This document shows positions 27,029-39,749 of a stretch of DNA of 64,000 nt, one piece after another. Position 1 is the first letter of the stretch. Each line of letters begins with the position of its first letter. A program made the translations under genes and the position numbers. The notes under the pieces were generated by a model. The model saw nothing but the letters and a program-made list of their open reading frames with translations, ran no database searches and had not been told where the DNA came from. Origin of the DNA: Eledone cirrhosa (Eukaryota). Location of the stretch: positions 175,398,001 through 175,462,000 of the forward strand of contig OZ024740.1 of NCBI GenBank assembly GCA_964016885.1, read 5' to 3'.

Positions 27029-29013
27029 ATGGAAGAGCCCCCCCCCCCCCCAGCGATATGTCTGCTGTCGTGCGACAACGACGTAGAAGTTGAGAGGAGC
27101 GCTACAGCAAAATTAACACAAATTGATAACACAAACACCAACACAAACAATGTAAACAAAGACACCAATGATACCAATGAGAACTCTAATTTTGAAAAAA
27201 ATGACAGTTACAGCGACAACGAAAATAAAGATAACAAAAAAAACAAAACAAATGCAACAACAATATCAACACCACTAACATGAAAACAAATAGCGACAAC
27301 ACCAACAGTAACAATACCAACTGCACCGAGAACAACGGTGGCAACAAAGACAACAATGATAACAGCGACAGTGCTAACAACAACACCAACAAGAACAACG
27401 ACAACGACAACAACACCTCCAACGAAAACAAGAACACTTTCGCTGCGGCAGCAGCATAAAAGAGGCGATGCTTCAACATGGACCTCTCAAACAAAGATGA
27501 AAAGTTGGCCCAGGCATGGAAGCTCATCAAGCAAGAGCAAACTTGGGCCAACTTAACTGTCCCGGTAGAAGCTATTGAGGCAGTGGAGCGCAGAACGGTG
27601 CATTATAGATGCATCTCACCACAAACCAAAAAGGCAGCTTTAATCCCACAAGAAGATGTCGAAGTCGCGCTGAGATGCATCAGAGAAGACACCGAATACA
27701 TAGAGAGGGGCAGACAGTACGGCACCATTTCGGTGTTGTTCAAGTCAGAAGCCCCCGCTATGAAACACGCTATGACTCCTTGCAAAACCCACAAGGTTAT
27801 AATGTACCCCTCCCACATGGGAAAAAGAACGGCCCGTCTCCGCATTCCCAGAATCCCACCAGGACTTGACATGTGGTGGCTTCTGAGATGTGCGATTGTG
27901 GAGGGGACGGATACCGTCCCTATAGAAGTGACCAGAACGGCCAGAGAGGACTGGTCCGGGGTTGACCTGGAGATCCTTCTCCAGATCAGGCCCGAGAATG
28001 TGAAGACAATCCCGGACCACATCCGCCTTCAGAATGGGACGGTCATTCACATTATGACCGAAGTCAAAAGGCCGCATTGTTTTGTTTGTGGGGAAAAACC
28101 CATTTGCGAGCCTTCTGCCCTCAACTGCTAAAAGAGGCAAGGGATCGAAAGCCTCCACTGCTGCCGACGCCGGGGCGAGGACCACAACCAGCACCAGCAC
28201 CGGCAAAACCACCAACAACAACACCAATAGAAAGACCACCACCAATATTGACCACCCAGGGGGGAAACGAGGAAAGCTGTCAAATCCCCCCCCCCCCCCC
28301 CCCAATACACACACCAATAAAACCATAAACATACATACAGACACACTTACAGACACAGACCCCTCATCTACCAGTAGTGAAGATGAGGGAAAACCAAAAT
28401 CCCCCAAAATACAAAAAAGGAAACACAAAAAGAAAAAAAAAACTCAACAAAGCACAAAATCACCCACAATAAAAAACGCAGACACCACCCACGCAAACAT
28501 CTCTCCAATAACACCAACATCAACACCACCATCACCATCACCAGAAACCCCAAACGCAAACAACCTAAACAGACGCAAGAACAAATATACACACAAACAT
28601 CTGAAACCACAGACACCGCACTCACAACAAACACAGACACAACCGAAACAACACCACCAAAACCATCACCACCACAGCCACGCAAACAAATAAAATCACA
28701 CTAACAAAACATACAAAACTTTGTGCTCGTCAATGGGCCAACAAGGAACTGATGGCCCTCGTAGCACGAAGTGAAAACTATACAAAAAGAGGGGGACATT
28801 TTTAAATCGAGCACATTTCGCGTGCCGAAAGATTTGGTTCAGGTGCGATCGTCGAACGAATTATACAAAGAAATACGAGACAGCTTTTCTCGGGACGTGG
28901 GAACCCCGAACGTAAAACCAACTTCAAGACTTTTAAAGGGGTTCCCAAAAGAAACCCCACCAACTATGGAGGTCGAACAACCCGACCTTCACAAGAGCCC
29001 GGAAGGTAAGTAA
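27029..29013 (+). pseudogene. Tx1-like ORF1 (frameshifted)
   Basis: YIERGRQYGTISV, EVKRPHCFVCGEK(T)HLRAFCP knuckle, EDEGKPKSPKIQKRKHKKKKK. Confidence 0.78.
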
Positions 29014-29045
29014 AGCTTTCCTCTCTCTCTTTTTAACCTGCCAAC

Positions 29046-32000
29046 ATGGCCGTATTAAGAGTAGAATGTTTAAATGTTCGAGGTCTGGGATCGTCCTGGA
29101 AGCAGGGTCACCTGCTCAATGACCTCAGGTCTCTAGAAATGGATGTAATTGCCGTCAGCGAGACCAGGATTTCCGACACGCGCGCACTAGCCCCCATTTT
29201 CGACGACTATCAGATCTTTGCATCTGTTAGCCGGCCGGGAATGGGAGGCGGGGTGGCAGTGCTGTTTAGGAAAGGCCTGGATGTCGAAGTAAGGTCGATC
29301 TTCCGGGACCCGGACGGGAAGTTGGTGGTCCTGGACGTGAACAATAACGAAGGTGGTGCCTTTAGACTGGTGGCCGTCTATGCTCCTACTGGGGCAGGAC
29401 GGCTGGACTTCTTTAGACGCCTGGAAGCCTTTCTGGGCACGTCTCGCCCTTTACTGTTAGCGGGGGACTGGAACGGCATCTTAGACACACGCTGGGACTG
29501 TGTGGGAGTATCCGATAGGAGCGGGGTGGGGGGGGGGGGTACAAAAGCCTCAAGAACCTGATCAGCCAGTTCCAACTGTCTGAGAGGTACCGACTAGATT
29601 TCCCTAATGCGCCAGTGTGGACCTGGGCTAACCGCGTAGGGTCATCTAGATCGTATATAAACAGGATATTCATTAGGAAAATAGACAGAAATAGTGTAAG
29701 CTGTCCACGTTTGGAAACAGTCGCCTATTCAGATCACAAGTTTGTGATCTGTATGGTCGACCTAGATAAGACGCGTAGGTTAGGACCTGTTACTGGAAGC
29801 TAAACATGTCATTTCCGGCACGTAAGGCTTACAGGGACCAGGTCAACAATTTAGTTAAGAAAAAGTTGACAGGGGGAGTCGTCAACAATAGATGGTGGGG
29901 GGCTCTCAAAAGAGAGATTAGAGTAATGTCGATAGAGTTTAACAAAGAAGTAGCGTTAGAGAAAAATAGAAAGGAGGGGGAGTTGGTAGATAAGTTAGAC
30001 GAGGCTATTGGTAGTGGCATTGCAACTGACGTGCTAGCGGCGAGAATGGCATTAGACCATTTCTTCAATGCGAAACACGAAGGTTGCATTGTCAGAGCTT
30101 AAGCGCGTGCTCTGAGAAACGAGGGAACCAAAGCTGTTCGATGGGTCCGCGTGGCATAGGCGCAGCGTGGTAATAAAACCATGATTTGGTCTTTGACGGA
30201 CCGAAACGGGCACGAACTGAGCGATTCCAAGGGGATGTGTGAGGCCTTTCGCCAACATTTGGCTCGGTTGTTCGGGGGAAGTGGCGGGTCAGAGATGGTG
30301 GCGGACTTCAGTCCCTACCTCTATGGCTTGCCGCAACTCTCGACGGCTGACGCTGGGCGCTGCGAAAGGCCAATTACTTCAGCCGAGATTCAGGATGCCC
30401 TTGTCGGCTGCATGAGGCGCAAGTCACGTGGTTTAGATGGTCATCCCTACGAGCTTTACGTAAATATGCGAGACTTGTTCTCCATTCTCCTCGAAGCCCT
30501 CTACTGCAACTGGCAGTAAAACGGGAGTATTCCCAGTTCTGTGAGCCGGGTCGTAGTGACGCTAATAAGGAAAGACGAGAACAAGAGGGACACATTAGAC
30601 AATTTCAGGCCCATAACTGCTCAACACAGAGTTTAAGATTTTGGCCAGGGTGTTAGCGAAGAGGTTGGCGCTTGTCATCGGGGATTTGGTTGGGGAGGCG
30701 CAAACTAGGTCCATACACGACAACCTCCACCTAATGCGATACATCATAGAGAGGGTAGGGTGTAAACATGGCTTCGGTGGGGCTCTGATCAATTTAGATC
30801 AATCGAAAGCATTCGATAGGATCGACCATCGGTACCTGAAGGCTGTCCTCAAGGCGGCTGGCTTTGGCCCCGTCTTCAGAAGCTGGATCGCTGCAATGCA
30901 CAGCGGCATCTGCTCGATGGTCAAAATTAATGGCCACCTCTCGGAACCGCTTCAGGTCTCCCGATTGGTCCGTCAAGGGTGCCCTCTCTCCTCCCTTCTG
31001 TACGTATTGACTCTCGAGCCTTTACTGCGGAAGCTGGAGCTGTTGCAGGGCATCACGCTCGAACCGGGACGCGGAAAGGCTGTGTCGGCTTATGCCGACG
31101 ACATCACCGTGATGGTGTCGGACACCTCAGAAATCGAGGTGGTCGGCAACTTATTGGAGGAATATGAAAGGTTGACGGGAGCAAAACTTAACCCGGAAAA
31201 GTCGGTCGGCTTGCAACTCGGCACCTGGAGAGGCAAGTTCATGCCGTCCAACAGCGTCGTTAGGCGCTGGACGGACGGACCGGTAAAGTTGCTAGGGGTT
31301 TGGTTCGGGCCAGACCTCCAGGTGGATAAGAATTGGGACGAGGTGACCGGTTGGGTAGCCAGTCTCACCCAGAAATGGGCTGGGATGAAGCTATCACTGA
31401 AAGGTCGGGCGGAGGTGGCGAACGCGTACATCGCGTCCGTCATCTACTACCGTCTGACCGTCGTCCCTTGCCCCCGTTCGCGCCTCGCCATCTTGGAGCG
31501 GCTCCTCTTCAAATTCTTGTGGAGGCGTCAGGTTCCGTTGGTGAGGCGGTCCATCTGCTGTCATCACCCTTTACGTGGAGGGCTGGGCAGGCCGTGGCTA
31601 ATGATGCGCAGGCACGCGCTGAGGCTGCGGCATCTCCAGATATTCTGCCTAAACGGTGAACAGGTGTGATCGCCGTTTGTCAGATGGACCTTTCCGCAGC
31701 TCGTTTCTTTGACTGAGCTGCAGTCCTGGGTCAAGAAGAGACCGACACTGGGTGACTGGCATCTGGAATGTTGCCAGCCACTCACTGCCCTCTGCCAGGC
31801 GGGCAATGCGGTCAGTGGAACTTCCACTCTCGAGTTCTATCGAGGATTAGTGGTAGGCAAGTGCGACGACACACTCGGAGAGGCTCTGGGAGTCAGCAAA
31901 GACGAACTAACCAGTCTGTATCGGAAGACTTTCGAGCCGGGGACGATGGATAATTTCCCAAAATCCCTGGCTTGGCAGTGCTACCGGGGGGGGGGGGGGC

Positions 32001-32469
32001 ACTGCCGGTTCGAGATAAACTCTACAGGCACGGAAGTGCTGTCAGACGGATCTGCCCGAGATGCGTGCAGAGCGACGAAACCGTTCTGCACGCACTCGCC
32101 CAGTGTCCGTGCATTACTGACTTGTGGAGTTATGTTGAACAGCTGTTGTCGCGTATAGAACGGATCCGGCTATCGGCTGAGTCCATAGTGAAGATCGACC
32201 CGCCGCCTTCTTTTGGCCAGGAAGGGCAGGCAATTTTCCTCTGTCTGGTGGCAGTAGCGAAAGAGGTTGTATGGTGGACGAGGTTGAAAGGACTGAAGAC
32301 AGACACTTTTCTCTTCGGCCAATCCCTCATCAACTTTTTCAAGTTTCACTTGGAAAGGAAGGTGAGGCTGGAGAGAGAAGTGCTGCCCCCCAGTATATTT
32401 GCTGAAAGGTGGGTGAATGTGGCGAGAATGGCCCGTGTGGGTGGGCCTACTCTAGTCATGCGGCTGTAG
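29046..32469 (+). pseudogene. Tx1-like ORF2 (APE + RT + CCHC), disabled
   Basis: LNVRGL, GDWNG, YSDHK, KAFDRIDH, RQGCPLS, AYADDIT, CPRCVQSDETVLHALAQCP. Confidence 0.93.
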
Positions 32470-32809
32470 GTAGGTAAATTTGAGGAGGAGATGGGTTCCC
32501 TTCCAGGGTGCTCTCGAAGCGTCGGGTCGTTCAGGACTGGTGGGGTACCTGAGCGAACCCTAGGTGGTCATCCCCCCTATTGGGGAATTTTTTCTTGTAA
32601 TTTTCTTGTTACTTTATTGTTACTTTGTTATTGTTACTTTGTTATTGTTATTCATATTGTTTACTCGATTTTTCTGTAAAACCCCAGTCCCAGTCTTTTG
32701 TATTGTCCCCTATATGTCGGCCCTTGTGGCCAATAAATGCAATCATTATTATTATTATTATTATAATGATTTCTAACACAATGATAATGATGATGATGAT
32801 GGCCATAAA

Positions 32810-33100
32810 AAACACCAACACCACCACCACCACAACACCAACAACAACAACAACACCACCAACAACACCAACAACACCAACAACAACAACAACAACACCA
32901 CCACCACCACGACCAACAACAACACCACCACCACCACCAACAACAACACCACCACCACCAACAACAACAACAACAACACCACCACCACCACGGCCAACAA
33001 CAACAACAACACCACCACCACCAACAACACTACCACCAACAACAACACCAACACCACCACCTCCACCACCACCAACAACAACAACAAGAATAACAACGAC
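32810..33100. repeat. Mixed (CAA)n/(CCA)n trinucleotide microsatellite
   Basis: Directly visible. Confidence 0.9.
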
Positions 33101-33114
33101 AAAGTTGTTATTCT

Positions 33115-33333
33115 TGAAAGGCAAAGTTAAGCTCGACGGGATTTGAACTCAGAATGGCAAGGGCCGTAACTCTATGCTAGAAAGCATAGCGTCCGACCCT
33201 CTACCGATACTGCCAATTCACCGCCCTTGATGATAATAATAATAATAACTGTTTCTACTTTTGGCACAAGGCCAGCAATTCACCAGTGTATTACTGGTAC
33301 TTTATTTTATCGACCCCATAAGGATGAAAGGCA
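33115..33333 (-). mobile_element. Two SINE pieces (5' half 33115-33226; 3' half 33249-33333)
   Basis: Reverse complements of the 15400-15594 SINE. Confidence 0.8.
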
Positions 33334-33539
33334 AATAATAATAACGTTAGGGCAAGTTAACCGCAATACCATTAACAATATGAATGATAAGAAAGGAAGC
33401 AGCAGTCAGGCAATATTATTAAAACTTTTAGACTGGTTTTGTATTTAGTTAGTGAGAAATGAGAAAGAAAGTGTGTGAGACAGAGAGAGGGGGAGGAGAG
33501 GAAGCGAGAAATGGTTAAAGACAGATAAAAAAATTGTTA

Positions 33540-33593
33540 ATATATATATATATATATATATACATACGTACTATATATATATATATGTGTGTG

Positions 33594-33630
<37 letters not shown>

Positions 33631-33860
33631 TATATATATATGCAGTTATAATTACAGACGTGATATATATATATATATGTATATATGTACGTACGTACTA
33701 TATATATATATGTGTGTGTGTTATATATATATATATATATATAAATATATATATATAAATATATATATATAAATATATATATATATGCAGTTATAATTAC
33801 AGACGTGAAGACAAATTGACTTTGAGCAAGAGAGGTATACAAATAGAGAGTGTGTATGTT

Positions 33861-33941
<81 letters not shown>
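33540..33941. repeat. (TA)n field with a duplicated unit (gcagttataattacagacgtga twice) and (GA)n
   Basis: Directly visible. Confidence 0.85.
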
Positions 33942-33944
<3 letters not shown>

Positions 33945-34249
33945 TTGAAAAGGAAATGTTTTTCTTATCGTTAAGCAATACACAACCATGATAATGGTTT
34001 GTTGCCACTCAGGAATAATGGAGATAACATAAGATAAAGGGAAGTTTTCTGGAAGGTTCTAAATAAATGTAATGTTAGTATTGTTGTTATTATTGTTGGC
34101 TTCAAAACTGGTGGTGCTATAAGTATGTGGGTGTGTGGAGAGAGGAATAGAGAAAGCGAGAGGGAGATATGTGATGGCAAATATATTATACTCACAAAGA
34201 GTCTAGCAAACATACACACAAACATACTCATACATACACATACACGGTC

Positions 34250-34367
<118 letters not shown>

Positions 34368-34876
34368 AGCGTTTGTAGGTGCGTCTATGTATCGGTATGA
34401 GTGTATGTATATATATATATATATATATATATAGTATAAAAGAGAAAACACAGGTAAACATTAAGAGAAGGATTTTATCCAGGTATTTACGACCGTTTCA
34501 TTGGTAAGTGCAACCTTATATTGCTATACTGCAAATAGCAGCCACTCAATAATAATTGTTGTTCACGTCCACATTTTCAAAATAGTGAGTAAGTTACTCT
34601 TGAAATAGTTCTTAATATATAGAGAAAAACATTTTTTTGGAATTGTATTTACTAGTATAGAGAGAGAGGAAGAGGAATTAGAAGGTGAGGGGACAAACGG
34701 AATAGTATAGAGAGAGAGGAAGGGGGAGAAGAGTTAGGAAGTAGGGTGACAAACTGAGATGGAGGGAGGGGTAGAGGTGGAAGGATTCCTTGATCAGTTT
34801 TGAAACCATCCATGAAACTGGCTTTCTTAACCACGAACTGGATCACAATAAGCAATTTTCTGCTTCCCTAACTATA

Positions 34877-34908
<32 letters not shown>

Positions 34909-34946
34909 CATATATACATATACAGTATATGTATAAATATATATAC

Positions 34947-35051
<105 letters not shown>

Positions 35052-35082
35052 TCATACCTATACATAGAGGCACCTACAAACG

Positions 35083-35151
<69 letters not shown>

Positions 35152-35520
35152 GTGTGTGTGTGCTTATATATATGTTTATATGTACGGACACAAACACACG
35201 TACATAATACAAAAACGCACATAAACACACAGGCACTCATACACACGCGATTTATTAAACTGACAAACGTATATGTACCCCCTCAGGATACCTATTTACA
35301 GCCGAGTTGAGTGAGTTTTACTTGTAGAATTACCCTGCTTTCAAAGACAACATTCATGTTTACCAGATAACGCATTCCCCTGAGAAATGAAGTCCAACCG
35401 AAATATTAAGAACATTAACCAATACCTGAATAGTGTCAATATATTCTCATGTTCCTTCGTGGCATTGTCATACACACACCCGCGAGCACTACGCATGCAC
35501 ATACATACGCTCTTTCTCTC

Positions 35521-35566
<46 letters not shown>

Positions 35567-35637
35567 AACACACTCTCTCTCTTTCTCTCTCACACACACA
35601 CACACACACACGCACGCACACATATATATATGTATAT

Positions 35638-35690
35638 AGGAAAAGAGTCAGGACCCCGACGGCTGAGCTACGGCCGTTGTGACAGCTAGA
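35638..35690 (-). repeat. Single arm of the 46042-46144 hairpin family
   Basis: gtcaggaccccgacggctgagctacggccgttgtgacagctaga closely matches 46041-46084. Confidence 0.8.
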
Positions 35691-35719
35691 GTGGCAATAA
35701 GAAATCAGATTTGAAGCCT

Positions 35720-37855
35720 TTATGAAACTTTAATGCCTATTACAATTGTTTCAATATCGATCAGCTCTGATTTGATCAGGTGATCGGATCCCGATATGCG
35801 AGTTTACATGAGTGGCCCCATTCATGGCCTACAAATGATGAACCCGCAGAAAGCCCTATCTTGGAGGAAGTGGAAGGAACTGTATGATAACTGAATAATG
35901 GAAAATCGCCAGGGAGAAAGCAACTTCCCCCAAGATTAGAAAGATGCATTTATGGTGTGTTTTATGAAAATAATTGTTTCTACTTTTGGCATAAAGGCAG
36001 CAATTAACCAGTACATTACTGGTACTTTATTTTATCGACCCCGTAAGGATGAAAGGCAAAGTTAATATTGGCGGGATATGAACTTAGAATGGCAAGGGCC
36101 GTAACTCTATTCGTCAAAGCATGGTGTCCGAGCCTCTACCGATACTGCCAATCCAAATGTCAGTTGTGGGAAAGGTCTTGTGTAAAACCATGCTGGACAG
36201 ATTGCTTGATAACACAACTGGTAATGTTCTTCATGTGACGCAGTGGGACAACAGATATGATCTTCTCTGTGGGGCAACTAGAGGGGAAGTGCATTGAATA
36301 ATGAATCAATTTGTATCACGTCTTTGGGGATTGACAAAGGTTCTTGATACGGTGAATATGACTACATTATGAAAGATTCTAAGCTCGGTTTTTTCTGACA
36401 AGTTGATATGAGTTCTAAAAGGTTGTGTGCAATCCTGTCTTAATATAGGTGGGTAGGTGACAGATCTCATTTTTCTTGAAAGTTGGGTAAAACAATGGAT
36501 GTACCAGCAGCTACACCGTTTGCATTGTATTTCTCTACAGTTTTCCTTATTACCTTTGAGGACTGCACACATGGAATGTATATCAAGAATTGGCCGACGG
36601 GAAAGTTGCTTAACATCAGACTGTTTGCTGTCAAAACAAAGGCAGCATTTTAATTCCTGAATTTTTGTATGCAGCTGATTGTGATCTTGTTGCTCCCTCT
36701 GATAGTGACATGCAGCACCTGATGGATTTCTTTTCGGAGGCTTGCAAGGTAGTTGTCATGTATCAACTTACCCCGGGCAAAGATTTCACTGAGCCTAGTT
36801 GTTTTCAATGTTTTGTATGAAAAACATTGAAGGTTGTGGATACATTTGTATATTTAGGCATCACAGCTAACATTTCAAATATTCTTGATGATGAAATCTC
36901 TTTACGACTAAAGAAAGCAAGTGATTCTTTGGGTAAATTAAATGGGCGTCACTGCTGTCTACGTGGAATTTCCATTGATACGAAGTTAAATGTGTACAGG
37001 AAATGTGTTGTCTTCATTTTTATGCGTGTGGAAATTGGGTCACATACCAATGAAATATAAAAATGCTTGAACATTTTCATCAACAATGTCTTCGCCGAAT
37101 ACTCGGCATCCATTGTCAATTACATATGAGTGATGTTGAAGTGTTGGAACAAGTCATTTTGAAAGTATTGGATCTTTCAGTATAAATTGCGTTGGAGCGG
37201 CCATGTTGTAAAATGCCAAATCATCGTATTCCTAAGCAGTTACTGTATGAGGAGTTAGGCAAAGTCAAACGGCCAAGGCATAAACCAAGACTTAAGTATA
37301 AAGGCTGCAACAAAAGATCCTTGACGAAGTAGAAAATCAGAGAAGATAACTGGGAAAACATTGCCTTAGACAGATCATCTGGGAGGAAAACAGTGTTTAA
37401 TGGGAAACAGGAATGTGAAAAATCTCGTGTGGAGCATGAACGATTAAAGAGGAGGAGGGGGGGGGGGCTACGTAAGGTTCTACATGATATTATGTTACCT
37501 GGATTTTCAGAGGCCCAATGACTTTATATGCGATTTCTGTGACCGGATTGACCTCAGTAAAGCTGATCTTAGAGGTCATAATAAATTGCATGTCCAAAAT
37601 GCTGCCGCTTATGGTCTCTGGCATTTTTTCCTGTCGGAAGTGTGGAAAACAATGTGCCTCGGCCGGTGGAGCCCAACCTCATTTGAAAATTCACCAAAAT
37701 AAAACAAGGAAGCAAAGTGGAAGAAACATTAATCACTGCAGCATATCCAGAAAGAAATGTAAATCCTTGACAGGGCTAAAAAGTCATGTTTGTGCCATGC
37801 AAGTTTGAGAGGGGCTCAGTTCGTGGCAGTTGTTGAAATCGAGATGCAACCGTTA
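35720..37855 (+). mobile_element. Decayed RTE-like LINE with C-terminal C2H2-like fingers and (TATG)n tail
   Basis: KVVDTFVYLG, DEISLRLKKASDSLGKL, TKLNVYR, HQQCLRRILGI, RIPKQLLYEEL; tail tatgtatg from ~37854. Confidence 0.8.
35971..36152 (-). mobile_element. SINE nested in the RTE relic
   Basis: Reverse complement of the 15400-15594 SINE. Confidence 0.85.
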
Positions 37856-38061
37856 TGTATGTATGTATGTATGTATGTATGTATGTATGTATGTATGTAT
37901 GTATGTATGTATGTATGTATGTATGTGTGTGTGTATGTATGTATGTGTATAGAAGATAAAATAAGAAATAAAAGATGAAAGAGAAAAGAACCGAAAAAAG
38001 ATAAGTATCGAATGTCGATATATACATACGAGTGTGTGCGTGTGCGCGCGCGCGTGTGTGC

Positions 38062-38132
<71 letters not shown>

Positions 38133-38254
38133 TATATCGATAGTCGACCGAGAATATCCTAAACCTCATTCACTTAAAGAGTGGAGTGGAGATGATCAAA
38201 TAGGACCGAGGAAATAATTTCCAATTGCTAATACTATCTACCGGTCGCAAATCC

Positions 38255-38378
38255 AGGTAGAAGGAGCAACGTAAAATAAATTGTCATGTTGAAAGACATA
38301 ATGCATCGCCCGGTCCGGGAATCGACCTCACAACCTTACGATGCGAATCCAATTCTCTAATCACTCAGCCACGCGCCT
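38255..38378 (-). mobile_element. Second tRNA-derived SINE family (head)
   Basis: Minus strand ggcgcgtggctgagtgattag (A-box) ... ggtcgattcccggaccggg (B-box). Confidence 0.65.
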
Positions 38379-38979
38379 TCACACACACACACACACAGAC
38401 ACACGCACACGCACACGCACACACAAATATATACATACACACACACATATATTCACACACACACACACACAATAATTCTTAACATCCTGTTGTACTGTAT
38501 AGATATGCATTAACAATCATTCTTGGAATGTATAAAACAATGCAGTGAGTACATCAACTTTAGATTTAGTCATTACACTTATACTGCAATGATGTGTAGA
38601 ATGTGCAATGATCTGTTCACTAGTAATTAGAAGATAAACATTTAAATTCATAAACTTATTTTTCGTTATTTGCTTCCAAATTATTGCAGAATTTTATGGG
38701 TTAAAATTCAATAAATTTCCTTAATTTCCATTGTATTAAATCCAAATATTTCTGTCAATTTAGGCGACATGTTATTATCCCCAGAAATGCTTTTTGTTGT
38801 TTATTTTCAGAGAAAAGGACATGAGAGACAATGTTGTCGACAGATTTCTGCGGACAAGAAATACAATTATATTACATGTAATGAAATTTTCCCCGAATAA
38901 GACATCATCAGATGCTGTTTAATATTTCCTGACGCGAATATTACATATGATTGTTATTATTGTAAAACATAAAATATAA

Positions 38980-39172
38980 AGGCGGTGGTTTGGCAGTATC
39001 GGTAGAGCGCCAGACGCCATGCTTGGCAGCCTAGAGTTATGGCCCTTTACGTTCTGAGTTCAAATTCAGCCGAAGTTAGCTTTGCCTTTCATCCTTACGG
39101 GGTCGATACAAAAAAGCACCAATAATGCACTGCGGTAATTGCTGGCCTTGTGCCGAAAGTAGAAATAATTAT
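38980..39172 (+). mobile_element. SINE, full copy
   Basis: Matches 15400-15594 throughout. Confidence 0.85.
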
Positions 39173-39627
39173 TGTAAAACATATATGTATATATTTTCTA
39201 GTAGAATTTTGCGACGATAGTTACAGACTCAGCACACACAAAAAGAGAGAAGGAAAGAGAGAGAGAGAGAGAGAAACACCCACCCACGCACACACACATA
39301 CAGACACACAGGAACACACGAGGTACATTCTCACTGGATTGAATCAAAATTAATCAGTTATTCTGATCTTAATTATTCATGTTATTTAACATTTGATATT
39401 TTGTTGTATTGCATTAATAACTCCTCCCGCCATAAATATTACTTTCCATGAAGTCTTGTTGTCTACATAATGTCGGACTCATCCCTAAAATGGTATATAT
39501 ATATATGTAAGAACATGACTCACAATACATCTCGGCCTATGTGTCCCCATTTACTACAGCCTACAATCCAATTATTTCCTATTGCTTAAACACTTTACCT
39601 CATATGTTATTTTATCGTTCTTGTTTT

Positions 39628-39687
<60 letters not shown>

Positions 39688-39749
39688 TACATTATACATA
39701 TATCTGTGCTCTTTCGTGTCTTTTCTATTCTCGGATATAAATCCCATTT

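Larger units (their letters stand above)
26824..32744 (+). mobile_element. L1-clade/Tx1-like non-LTR retrotransposon C, near full length
   Basis: ORF1 plus ORF2 motifs; AATAAA 32732-32737; (ATT)n on both sides (26806-26823, 32745-32764). Confidence 0.92.

Noticed and set aside
32625-33146. Mucin/extensin-like Pro-Thr ORF
   Set aside because: Translation of a (CAA)/(CCA) microsatellite next to a LINE tail
34785-34835. ttgatca...gaaac hammerhead-like words
   Set aside because: Core does not fit C3-G8 or U3-A8 and the stems do not pair
38300-38378. tRNA gene
   Set aside because: A and B boxes present but no cloverleaf; continues into a SINE body
38790-38885. Possible plus-strand exon after a strong acceptor (ttattttcag)
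   Set aside because: Weak donor, two open frames, no recognisable product
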